Positions 33,245 to 40,510 of a stretch of DNA of 40,510 bases are shown piece by piece. The stretch is from an uncultured Candidatus Saccharibacteria bacterium. Lineage in GTDB: Bacteria; Patescibacteriota; Doudnabacteria; UBA920. The number at the start of each line of letters is the position of its first letter. Positions within the stretch are counted from its first letter, which is position 1. The DNA lies in the NCBI GenBank assembly GCA_964609785.1, contig CAZSSN010000002.1, positions 1-40,510 on the forward strand. The letters run 5' to 3'. Below the pieces are notes generated by a model. That model was not told the DNA's origin. It ran no database searches and saw nothing but the letters and a program-made list of their open reading frames with translations. The translations under genes and the position numbers were made by a program.

Positions 33245-33271
33245 AAAAAAACTCCCAAATGGGAGTTTTTT
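33245..33271. terminator. Bidirectional intrinsic terminator between the ATPase gene and trxA
   Basis: AAAAAA-ACTCCC-aaat-GGGAGT-TTTTT. Confidence 0.85.
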
Positions 33272-33294
33272 AATGTGAATTTTAAGCTGTAGGC

Positions 33295-33618
33295 TTAAGC
33301 TAAATGTTTTGCGATTTCAGCTTCGATCATGTTCTTAGGTGCGGCACCTACTAACTCACCAACTACCTCTCCAGCTTTGAAAAACTTCATAGTTGGAATG
33401 CTCATTACGTTAAAACGACTTGTGAGATCGGGGTTTTCATCGACATTAAGCTTGGCAACTTTAAATTTTCCGTCATATTCATCAGCAATTTCAGCTAAAA
33501 TTGGACCGACAATCTTACATGGACCACACCATTCAGCCCAAAAGTCCACTAAAACAGGGATGTTTGACTTTATAACTTCATCTTCGAAATTATCTTGAGT
33601 AATAGTAACTTCTTTCAT
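33295..33618 (-). CDS. trxA: Thioredoxin
   Basis: WAEWCGPCK active site. 107 aa from MKEVTITQDNF... The longer track start at 33663 would run through its own promoter. Confidence 0.92.
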   Translation of the reverse strand: MKEVTITQDNFEDEVIKSNIPVLVDFWAEWCGPCKIVGPILAEIADEYDGKFKVAKLNVDENPDLTSRFNVMSIPTMKFFKAGEVVGELVGAAPKNMIEAEIAKHLA

Positions 33619-33645
33619 AGAATTTTTGATAATAATTACCAAATA

Positions 33646-33674
33646 ATCATATCCCGAGGGCATTGGATTGTCAA
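33646..33674 (-). promoter_or_regulatory. trxA promoter
   Basis: Minus strand: TTGACA (33674-33669), 17-nt spacer, TATGAT (33651-33646). Confidence 0.6.
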
Positions 33675-33701
33675 TCGTTTATAGATTATACTGTTATAGA
33701 T

Positions 33702-34673
33702 ATGCCTAAAAAAACATTAAAACATCACGCCGTAAAAAGTGGGAAAAGAATTGTTGGCCTGTTAATAGCAGCACTATTTGTGACAACAGTTATCTTTGCA
33801 TTCACACGTCCAATGCTTGCCCCGGGAGCTGACAAAGGTAATCCTAAAGTAGAAAGTGAAATCTTTGGATTAAATTCAGGCGAGACTTTCCCCGCGAGTA
33901 GTTCGGAAGATGTTAACCCTGAAATAGGAAAAGGTGTTAAGGCGGATAGCTATTTAATTTACAATGAGCAAACTGGCGAAGTTATATCTTCCAGAAATCC
34001 AGATGCAGCAGTAGCGATTGCAAGCATTACTAAGTTAATGACTGCGTACGTTACACAAAAATATGGGAACTTAAATGATACCTGGGCGATTAGCTCATCT
34101 AACTTAAGCGACATTAGACCAATATTAGGTTTAACTCCGGGTGATAAAGTTGTTGTTAAAGATCTAGTTGATGCAATGCTTATTGGTTCAGCAAATGATT
34201 CGGCAGCAACATTAGGTGCTTACGTAAGTTCAGTATCAAAAAAACCAATTATCGACCTTATGAACAAAGAGGCTGATGATTTGGGGATGGATTCCACTCA
34301 CTATGAAAATCCAATTGGGTGGGATAGCGAGCAAAACTATTCAACTGCTAACGACTTAAAAAGACTATTAGATGTTGTTAGACCAATGACTTTATTTTCA
34401 GAAATAGATAGAAAGCAGTCCTATACATTTATTAGCGAGACCGGTAAAACCTACTCGGTTAAAGCAACAAATACACTTTTGGCTCAAGATCCGGAAATTC
34501 ATGCTATTAAAACAGGGTTCACAGATGAAGCCAAAGGAGCAATGATCACTGCTATTCATAGTAAAGATCTAAAATTCATCATAATCATACTGGGGAGTAC
34601 TGACAGAGAAGGCGATACCAAACTTCTAAAGAAGAATGTTCTATCCCAATTAGAAAATAGCTTGACTCAATAA
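33702..34673 (+). CDS. D-alanyl-D-alanine carboxypeptidase (S11, PBP5-like low-molecular-weight PBP)
   Basis: SITK (SxxK), SAND (SxN), KTGFT (KTG). N-terminal TM/signal anchor. I prefer the ATG at 33702 (MPKKTLKHH), with TATACT 9 nt upstream. Confidence 0.85.
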   Translation: MPKKTLKHHAVKSGKRIVGLLIAALFVTTVIFAFTRPMLAPGADKGNPKVESEIFGLNSGETFPASSSEDVNPEIGKGVKADSYLIYNEQTGEVISSRNPDAAVAIASITKLMTAYVTQKYGNLNDTWAISSSNLSDIRPILGLTPGDKVVVKDLVDAMLIGSANDSAATLGAYVSSVSKKPIIDLMNKEADDLGMDSTHYENPIGWDSEQNYSTANDLKRLLDVVRPMTLFSEIDRKQSYTFISETGKTYSVKATNTLLAQDPEIHAIKTGFTDEAKGAMITAIHSKDLKFIIIILGSTDREGDTKLLKKNVLSQLENSLTQ

Positions 34674-34700
34674 GTTGATAAGTCGTTTTTCTAGCATATG

Positions 34701-34709
34701 TGGTATAAT
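34701..34709 (+). promoter_or_regulatory. Extended -10 promoter (TGgTATAAT) 6 nt upstream of the in-frame ATG at 34716
   Basis: The TGGTATAAT box lies inside the track-predicted N-terminus of mraY. The geometry implies a leaderless mraY mRNA. Confidence 0.5.
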
Positions 34710-34715
34710 ATATGC

Positions 34716-35756
34716 ATGGCTACAGACGAATTGATTAAAATTTTCAGCTTAAGTACAATCGCTTTTTTATTTGCGATTGCTGTCACTCCACTGTTTTCAA
34801 AATTTATTTATCACTTCCGTTTAGGAAAAAATATCCGCTCAGATGGGTCTACTCCTTTGTATACAGAGATGCATGCAAAGAAAAAGGGAACTCCAACAAT
34901 GGGCGGTATTTTGGTTTGGGGAAGTGTTCTAGTTCTAGCGAGTGTGTTTTGGTTTTTAGATCGCGTAGCAGGGATTGAACAGTTCCATATATTAAACTTT
35001 TTAACTCGAAGAGAAACTCTTCTACCAATCGGTGCCATGTTCGGTGCTGCCCTTGTGGGATTCTTAGATGATTATTTAGATATTAGAGGACGTGGTCATA
35101 AAGGAAGAGGGATTCGGTTCAGAGTTAAATTTGTTCTATACACACTTGTTGCCTTAATTGGTGCTTGGTGGTTTTATGTGAAGATTGGTTTTGATTCAAT
35201 CCATGTTCCATTTTTCGGAGACATTTATTTAGGGCTATTGTTCATTCCTTTTTTCTTACTAGTGGTAGTTGGTACAAGTTTCGCGGTTAATCAAACTGAT
35301 GGGCTCGATGGATTAGCAGGCGGAACTCTTTCAATTGCTTTCTTTTGTTTTGCAATAATTTCGTACATGCAGGGCAGAGAAAACCTGGCTGCTTTGTGTG
35401 GAGTTGTGTGTGGAGGATTACTCGCTTTTCTATGGTTTAATGTTCACCCAGCCAGATTTTTCATGGGAGATACAGGTTCAATGGGTCTCGGGGTACTGCT
35501 GGCGATAGTCGCATTTTTAACAGACACCACATTACTATTGCCTTTAATAGGATTAATATTCGTTATCGAGGCAGGCTCATTTTTGTTACAAATATTCTGG
35601 AGACGCGTATTTAAAAAGAAACTTTTCCTATCTGCACCAATACATCATCACTTAGAAGCATTGGGTTGGCCGGAATCAAAAGTCACAATGCGTTTTTGGA
35701 TTCTATCTGTAGTGGCTGGAATAATCGGGGTAATTGTTTACTTCTTAGACAAATAA
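34716..35756 (+). CDS. mraY: Phospho-N-acetylmuramoyl-pentapeptide transferase
   Basis: NQTDGLDGLAGG, FMGDTGS, PIHHHLE. The track start at 34698 is also possible. Confidence 0.92.
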   Translation: MATDELIKIFSLSTIAFLFAIAVTPLFSKFIYHFRLGKNIRSDGSTPLYTEMHAKKKGTPTMGGILVWGSVLVLASVFWFLDRVAGIEQFHILNFLTRRETLLPIGAMFGAALVGFLDDYLDIRGRGHKGRGIRFRVKFVLYTLVALIGAWWFYVKIGFDSIHVPFFGDIYLGLLFIPFFLLVVVGTSFAVNQTDGLDGLAGGTLSIAFFCFAIISYMQGRENLAALCGVVCGGLLAFLWFNVHPARFFMGDTGSMGLGVLLAIVAFLTDTTLLLPLIGLIFVIEAGSFLLQIFWRRVFKKKLFLSAPIHHHLEALGWPESKVTMRFWILSVVAGIIGVIVYFLDK

Positions 35757-35774
35757 CTAAACTCACAAATCTCA

Positions 35775-37337
35775 ATGTATTCATTGCTAATTAAAAAAGC
35801 TACTGTTATTGATGGAACAGGGTCAGCACCAATTACAGCTGATGTTGCTATTAATGGCGATAGAATTGTTAATATATCTCAAGATATAACTTCCCAAGCT
35901 CAGGAAGTTATTCATGCTGAAGGAAAAGTTTTAGCTCCAGGGTTCATCGATATTCAAAACCATAGCGACAGTCATTGGCGTTTGTTCGATGGCCCAAATT
36001 TAGAAAGCATGATTACGCAAGGCTACACAACAATCATGGTAGGAAATTCAGGAGCAAGTTTGGCTCCATTAATTTCTGAACAATCACTACTTTCTTTGCA
36101 AAAGTGGCACACCATGGAAGGTGTAAATATTAACTGGCGAAGTTTCCAAGAGTTTGCCGAATCTATGAGTGCTCAAAGGTTTGGTGCAAATGTAGCCAGT
36201 TTAGTTGGATATTCTACTTTGCGTAGAGGGCTTATTGGCGATAAGCAAACTCCTGTTTCTGTTGATGAATTACAAACTTTGAAGAGAATGGCAGACGACG
36301 CAATTAACGAAGGAGCATTTGGGGTTTCAACCGGATTCGCATATGCGCATGAAGCAAATATCTCTGATGTTGAGCTTTACGAGATTGCTCAGATTGTTGC
36401 TAACCACGACGCTTACATTTCTGTTCATTTGCGAGATGAGTCAGGGAGTGTTATTGAAAGTGTTCGCGAAGTTATAGCAGCAGCTGAACAAGCGAAAGCC
36501 AATGTTAAGATTTCTCACTTGAAAATACGACACCCCGAAAATTGGCCACTAGTTACAGATGTATTAGCAGAGCTAGAAGCAGCTTGGCATAGAGGCGTAA
36601 ATGTTCATTTCGATGTATACCCATACACTTCAACATGGCAACCAATATACACATATCTTCCTTCATGGGCAACAATGGGTGGGCGGTTAGAATTATTAGC
36701 GCTCTTAAAAAATCCAACTCAAAGAGCCAAGATATTAAGCGCGTTAAATACTTCTGAAACAGATATTCCTCAATTAATGATTGCCTCAACTTCAGCGAAG
36801 CTTATGGTTACTGGAAAGACCATCTCAACAATAGCTGCGGGATTTGGCACAACCAGCGAAGAGGCATTGCTCCATTTAATTGAAAACGGTGGAAGTGAAA
36901 TCCTTGTTTTTGATACTAGCTTGGACGAAAAAATTGTTGATGATTTTTGCAATCACTCACTTTCGTTCATTGCGACTAATGGTAGCGGATACTCATCAGA
37001 AGATACAAATACACTTGTTCATCCGAGATGTTTTGGTACAGCTGCAAAATTCTTACAGAATGTTAATACTTCCAAAGAAATTTCTTTGACTGAAGCTATT
37101 AGAAAACTAACATCTGGCCCAGCAAAGAAGATTGGCTTAAAAGATCGCGGGGTTATTGCCGTAGATGCTAAAGCCGATCTAGTATTGTTTGATCCACAGA
37201 AGATTGGATCTAGAGCATCAGTTGAAAACCCATACCAATACGCAGATGGGATAGAACAAGTTTGGGTAAACGGAGAGAAAGCCGTTACTGCAGGCTCTGT
37301 TACAGGAAACAAGTCAGGAATATTCTTAAAAAAATAA
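35775..37337 (+). CDS. D-aminoacylase (N-acyl-D-amino-acid deacylase) family amidohydrolase, with substitutions at expected metal-ligand positions
   Basis: ATVIDGTGSAPITADVAINGDRI...VLAPGFIDIQNHSD N-terminus and DRGVIAVDAKADLVLFDP...VWVNG C-terminus are typical of the family. HxH reads QNH and GNCG reads GNSG in my by-eye alignment. Confidence 0.7.
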   Translation: MYSLLIKKATVIDGTGSAPITADVAINGDRIVNISQDITSQAQEVIHAEGKVLAPGFIDIQNHSDSHWRLFDGPNLESMITQGYTTIMVGNSGASLAPLISEQSLLSLQKWHTMEGVNINWRSFQEFAESMSAQRFGANVASLVGYSTLRRGLIGDKQTPVSVDELQTLKRMADDAINEGAFGVSTGFAYAHEANISDVELYEIAQIVANHDAYISVHLRDESGSVIESVREVIAAAEQAKANVKISHLKIRHPENWPLVTDVLAELEAAWHRGVNVHFDVYPYTSTWQPIYTYLPSWATMGGRLELLALLKNPTQRAKILSALNTSETDIPQLMIASTSAKLMVTGKTISTIAAGFGTTSEEALLHLIENGGSEILVFDTSLDEKIVDDFCNHSLSFIATNGSGYSSEDTNTLVHPRCFGTAAKFLQNVNTSKEISLTEAIRKLTSGPAKKIGLKDRGVIAVDAKADLVLFDPQKIGSRASVENPYQYADGIEQVWVNGEKAVTAGSVTGNKSGIFLKK

Positions 37338-37341
37338 ATTG

Positions 37342-38661
37342 ATGAATTCCGGAATAGAAGAACTAAAAAATCATACGATTGGAATACTTGGCTTTGGTCA
37401 GGAAGGACAAGCTGTTTTGGCCTACCTAAAAAAGCATGACCTAGATGCAACAGTCTACGATCAAAAAGATGGAGAAGGGTATTTAGATTCAATCTCAGAT
37501 TGCAGTTTACTTTTTCGAAGTCCAGGAATATGGAGACATCATCCGAAAATTTTAGAGGCTGAGAGCAAAGGTTCCACCATTACTAGTCAAACTAAATGGT
37601 TCTTTGCGAATTCCAAGTCAACTATTGTTGGGATTACAGGGACTAAAGGGAAAGGGACAACCAGCTCCCTTATTTTTGAAGTTCTAAAAGCAGCTGGAAA
37701 GGTTGACGGCAAAAATTTATTTCTTACTGGCAATATAGGTAAAATTCAACCTTTAGAATTTTTGGATGAAACCGATCATAGCTCTGTTGTGGTTTATGAA
37801 CTATCAAGTTTCCAATTACAAGACTTAACTCAAAGCCCTCACATTGGAATTTGTCTGATGACAACTTCTGATCATTTGAATCATCATAAAGATTTAGAAG
37901 AATATCACTCAGCCAAAACTGCAATTACCGCATTCCAGTCTTCTGATGATATTTCTATATCAAACATAGATTACGAAGCAACTGCCAAAATTGCAACTTT
38001 AGGAAAAGGTAGGAAGCTAATAATTTCTTCAAAGTCTAAGCCACAAAGCGGTGCTTATATTGATGGGGAAAAAGTTATTTTAACTGGCGAAGTTGAAGCA
38101 GAGATTGATTGTAAAAATAGGAAGTTGAGAGGTATTCATAATTTAGAAAATATTGCTGCGGCAAGCCTAGCTGGGATTTGTCTTAATGTAGACATTGATA
38201 CCATCACTAAAGCAGTGAATGAATTTACTGGACTTGAACACAGATTGCAACTAGTTGGCAACATAGATGGCACTGCTTACTATAACGATAGTATTTCTAC
38301 TGTGCCAGAAACTACTATTGCAGCTGTTAATTCATTTAACGAACCAATTCACTTAATACTTGGAGGTTCAGACAAAGGATTAGATTACACGGAGTTAGTG
38401 GAGTACTTAAACGCGAAGAATAACATTGCAAGCATAAACCTAATAGGTGAAGTTGCCCCAAAGTTGAAAGAGCTTTTTGAAAGCACTGGTTCTGCATTAG
38501 AAGTTTTTGGACCATATGAAAATCTGAGCAAACTGATTAGTGATATCAAAGCCAAGTCCAAACCAGGCGAAGTTGTGCTTCTAAGTCCGGCTTCTGCATC
38601 ATTTGATATGTTTAAAAACTATGCAGATAGAGGTAATCAGTTCGTAGATTTAGTGAAATAA
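37342..38661 (+). CDS. murD: UDP-N-acetylmuramoyl-L-alanine--D-glutamate ligase
   Basis: N-terminal GFGQEG Rossmann motif, GITGTKGKGTT P-loop, C-terminal GGSDKG. The ATG at 37342 sits one codon inside the TTG track start. Confidence 0.9.
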   Translation: MNSGIEELKNHTIGILGFGQEGQAVLAYLKKHDLDATVYDQKDGEGYLDSISDCSLLFRSPGIWRHHPKILEAESKGSTITSQTKWFFANSKSTIVGITGTKGKGTTSSLIFEVLKAAGKVDGKNLFLTGNIGKIQPLEFLDETDHSSVVVYELSSFQLQDLTQSPHIGICLMTTSDHLNHHKDLEEYHSAKTAITAFQSSDDISISNIDYEATAKIATLGKGRKLIISSKSKPQSGAYIDGEKVILTGEVEAEIDCKNRKLRGIHNLENIAAASLAGICLNVDIDTITKAVNEFTGLEHRLQLVGNIDGTAYYNDSISTVPETTIAAVNSFNEPIHLILGGSDKGLDYTELVEYLNAKNNIASINLIGEVAPKLKELFESTGSALEVFGPYENLSKLISDIKAKSKPGEVVLLSPASASFDMFKNYADRGNQFVDLVK

Positions 38662-38662
38662 A

Positions 38663-39760
38663 ATGGCAGCAACAAAAAAACCAGTAGATTATTTATTTTT
38701 AGGGTTATTAGGCGGACTCATCGTCATTGGTTTAATCATGCTTTGGTCTGCCTCGACCGTTGAATCACAACAAAACTTTGGTAACACTAGTTACTACTTT
38801 ACTCATCAGTTGATGTACGGAATAGGTATTGGCCTGCTAGCAATGTATGTTCTATCACGCATCGATTACCATATTTGGAAGAAATTCATTCCATTTGGTA
38901 TTGCAGCTACTTTGATTGCATTACTCTTGGTCAAAGTTCCAGGAATTGGTTTTGGAGCAAATGGAGCTACTCGATGGATTGATATCGGCCCACTATTCTT
39001 CCAGCCAGCTGAAGCCGCTAAGCTAGCCATTATTATATATTTGGCAGGATGGATAAGCACGCGTGGGCATATCAAAGGATTTTTTCAATCTGTCCTTCCT
39101 CCAGTATTAATAATCGGATTATATTGTTTGCTAATTCTATGGCAACCTGACTTAGGAACTATGATCTCTCTAGTTCTGACTGCAGGCATTATGCTTTTTG
39201 TAGGTGGTATTCGATTACGCTACTTTGCCTGGCTAACTACTGCTGGAGTTGCCATAATGTTAGTTTTAATTAAACTTGAACCGTATCGTGTTAAGCGCAT
39301 AACTGCCTTCTTAAACAGATCAGTGGACCCATTAGGAATTGGGTATCAGATAAACCAAGCTTTAATCGCTATTGGCAGTGGCGGATGGTTCGGCTATGGC
39401 TATGGTCACTCTCGTCAAAAATACTCTTATCTTCCAGAAGCAATCAACGATTCAATTTTCGCCGTCATGGCAGAAGAGCTTGGTTTTATTAGAGTTATCC
39501 TAATTTTGCTCTTATTTATATGGTTTATTATTAGAGGGATCCAAATTAGTTACAAAGCACCTGATTTGTTTGGTAAGATGTTAACAGTTGGGGTTATAGG
39601 TAGTATTGGGGCAGCTGCGGTTGTAAATATTAGCGCGATTACTGGACTACTACCCCTTACAGGTATTCCACTGCCATTCTTTAGCTATGGTAGCAGCGCC
39701 ATGATTATGACTTTAGCTGGTTGTGGAATTGTTTTAAATATTTCTAGGCAGTCAAAATGA
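38663..39760 (+). CDS. ftsW: SEDS-family peptidoglycan glycosyltransferase FtsW
   Basis: About ten TM segments, FQPAEAAKL, SRQKYSYLPEAINDSIFAVMAEELG, PFFSYGSS. Confidence 0.9.
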   Translation: MAATKKPVDYLFLGLLGGLIVIGLIMLWSASTVESQQNFGNTSYYFTHQLMYGIGIGLLAMYVLSRIDYHIWKKFIPFGIAATLIALLLVKVPGIGFGANGATRWIDIGPLFFQPAEAAKLAIIIYLAGWISTRGHIKGFFQSVLPPVLIIGLYCLLILWQPDLGTMISLVLTAGIMLFVGGIRLRYFAWLTTAGVAIMLVLIKLEPYRVKRITAFLNRSVDPLGIGYQINQALIAIGSGGWFGYGYGHSRQKYSYLPEAINDSIFAVMAEELGFIRVILILLLFIWFIIRGIQISYKAPDLFGKMLTVGVIGSIGAAAVVNISAITGLLPLTGIPLPFFSYGSSAMIMTLAGCGIVLNISRQSK

Positions 39761-40510
39761 AAAAAAAGATAAAGCTCTATTTGCATCATTCTCAATATGA
39801 GCCAGTAGTTTACAATAAGAAAACTGGTTTTTTTGGCTTGGTCAAAAAACTAGCATCTTTCTTCGCTGAGATTATAGTAAACGTCTGCTACGGAATTGGT
39901 CTTACTCTAGTTTCCATTATTACATCACCTTGGACGCTCGCGAAAATATTGGCCGACTCTCCAACGCACCTCTCTACTGTGTTGAAGAAATTTAAGAACC
40001 TGCAATTTCAGAGAACCGTTGCTGTCTTTTCTCTTTTAGCAATTTTAGCAGGGAGTACAGTTCATGGGCTTAATTTAATTTCTGCCGGGCAAGATGTAAA
40101 AGGAGAAGTACTAGGGTCGAGCACAACGGCAATTGGCTATTTGCAAGATGCACAAACATCTTTGGAATCTGAAAACACAGAAGCAGCGCAAGCGAACTTA
40201 GGGAAGGCTCTTGAACAATTCAAGAATAGTAAAGAGACTTTAAATTCAACAAGTATTATATTACAAGGATTGCTTTCCGTAGTCCCTCAAAAACATGATG
40301 CCGACCGGCTATTAACTGCAGCTGAATTAATTACAGAGGCGGGGATTAAGGGAACTGAATTAATTACGATTACAGAAAATCTAAAACTTAGCGCCGTCGG
40401 TCTAAGCGGAAATGAGAATAACAAACAGACTTTAGAGCAAATCCAAACCTTATTAAGTGAGAGTGTTGAGCTAGCAGATGCGGCCTCGAAACTAATTAAT
40501 GAGGTATCTA
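39757..40510 (+). CDS. Partial ORF (open to the window end): membrane-anchored helical protein, possibly DUF4012-like
   Basis: ATGA overlap with the ftsW stop and 251 codons without a stop. Absent from the ORF track because it has no stop in the window. MKKKIKLYLHH..., with TM segments around FFAEIIVNVCYGIGLTLVSII and VAVFSLLAILAG, then Ala/Leu/Glu/Gln-rich helical sequence. Confidence 0.7.
   Translation, partial: MKKKIKLYLHHSQYEPVVYNKKTGFFGLVKKLASFFAEIIVNVCYGIGLTLVSIITSPWTLAKILADSPTHLSTVLKKFKNLQFQRTVAVFSLLAILAGSTVHGLNLISAGQDVKGEVLGSSTTAIGYLQDAQTSLESENTEAAQANLGKALEQFKNSKETLNSTSIILQGLLSVVPQKHDADRLLTAAELITEAGIKGTELITITENLKLSAVGLSGNENNKQTLEQIQTLLSESVELADAASKLINEVS

Noticed and set aside
33619-33701. 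Track-predicted N-terminal extensions of trxA (to 33663) and of the carboxypeptidase (from 33663), which would overlap each other
   Set aside because: The extensions run through the divergent promoter region (TTGACA-17-TATGAT for trxA). The internal ATGs at 33618 and 33702 give canonical N-termini.
37019-37492. 157-aa minus-strand ORF spanning the amidohydrolase/murD junction
   Set aside because: It overlaps two motif-supported + strand genes, and has no RBS or promoter and no recognisable domain. Shadow ORF.
1-40510. Alternative genetic code (UGA recoding, as in some CPR lineages)
   Set aside because: TGA terminates several ORFs at positions consistent with full-length family members and with immediately following starts (for example 3307-3309 and 39758-39760). 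No motif-bearing gene appears interrupted by in-frame TGA.
1-40510. CRISPR array, rRNA operon, prophage, IS element or integron
   Set aside because: There are no spaced direct repeats outside the coding repeats at 6182-6649. I recognised no 16S/23S/5S-like sequence and no transposase, integrase, capsid or terminase motifs. The only mobile-like gene is the LAGLIDADG-like ORF.

Overview
AT-rich, very gene-dense segment, almost all on the + strand, with short intergenic spacers and many stop/start overlaps. It reads as core chromosome from a small-genome bacterium. My inference from gene content and style is Patescibacteria/CPR, possibly Saccharibacteria-like; this was not checked by any search. 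Standard genetic code: TGA is used as a stop. In order the window holds: (1) a tRNA/ribosomal-protein cluster (tRNA-Tyr partial, tRNA-Thr, rpmG, tRNA-Trp), interrupted by an HTH + LAGLIDADG-like ORF and next to a possible unannotated sRNA; (2) small housekeeping and membrane genes (IMPase, DUF1761, EVE, HAD, methyltransferase, YggT, GlsB/YeaQ); (3) a secreted Asn/Ser/Thr-rich tandem-repeat protein with a sortase-like C-terminal signal; (4) DinB, uppS and RNase P RNA (rnpB, minus strand, absent from the ORF track); (5) an envelope glycan cluster (epimerase, WbaP-like phosphotransferase, three GT4 glycosyltransferases) running straight into murG-like / patatin-like lipase / murC; (6) hpf, a methyltransferase, secA, YecM-like, family-4 UDG, M1 aminopeptidase, secD and secF; (7) a terminator-bounded three-gene module made of a sigma-region-4/HARE-HTH protein, an N-anchored membrane protein and a VirD4/TraG-like ATPase without TM helices, which I rank as the best candidate for an undescribed system; (8) trxA, a PBP5-type carboxypeptidase, and mraY / D-aminoacylase-like amidohydrolase / murD / ftsW / a partial ORF. 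I saw no rRNA, CRISPR array, transposase, integrase or prophage. All function calls come from motifs read by eye in the translations; no database search was run.
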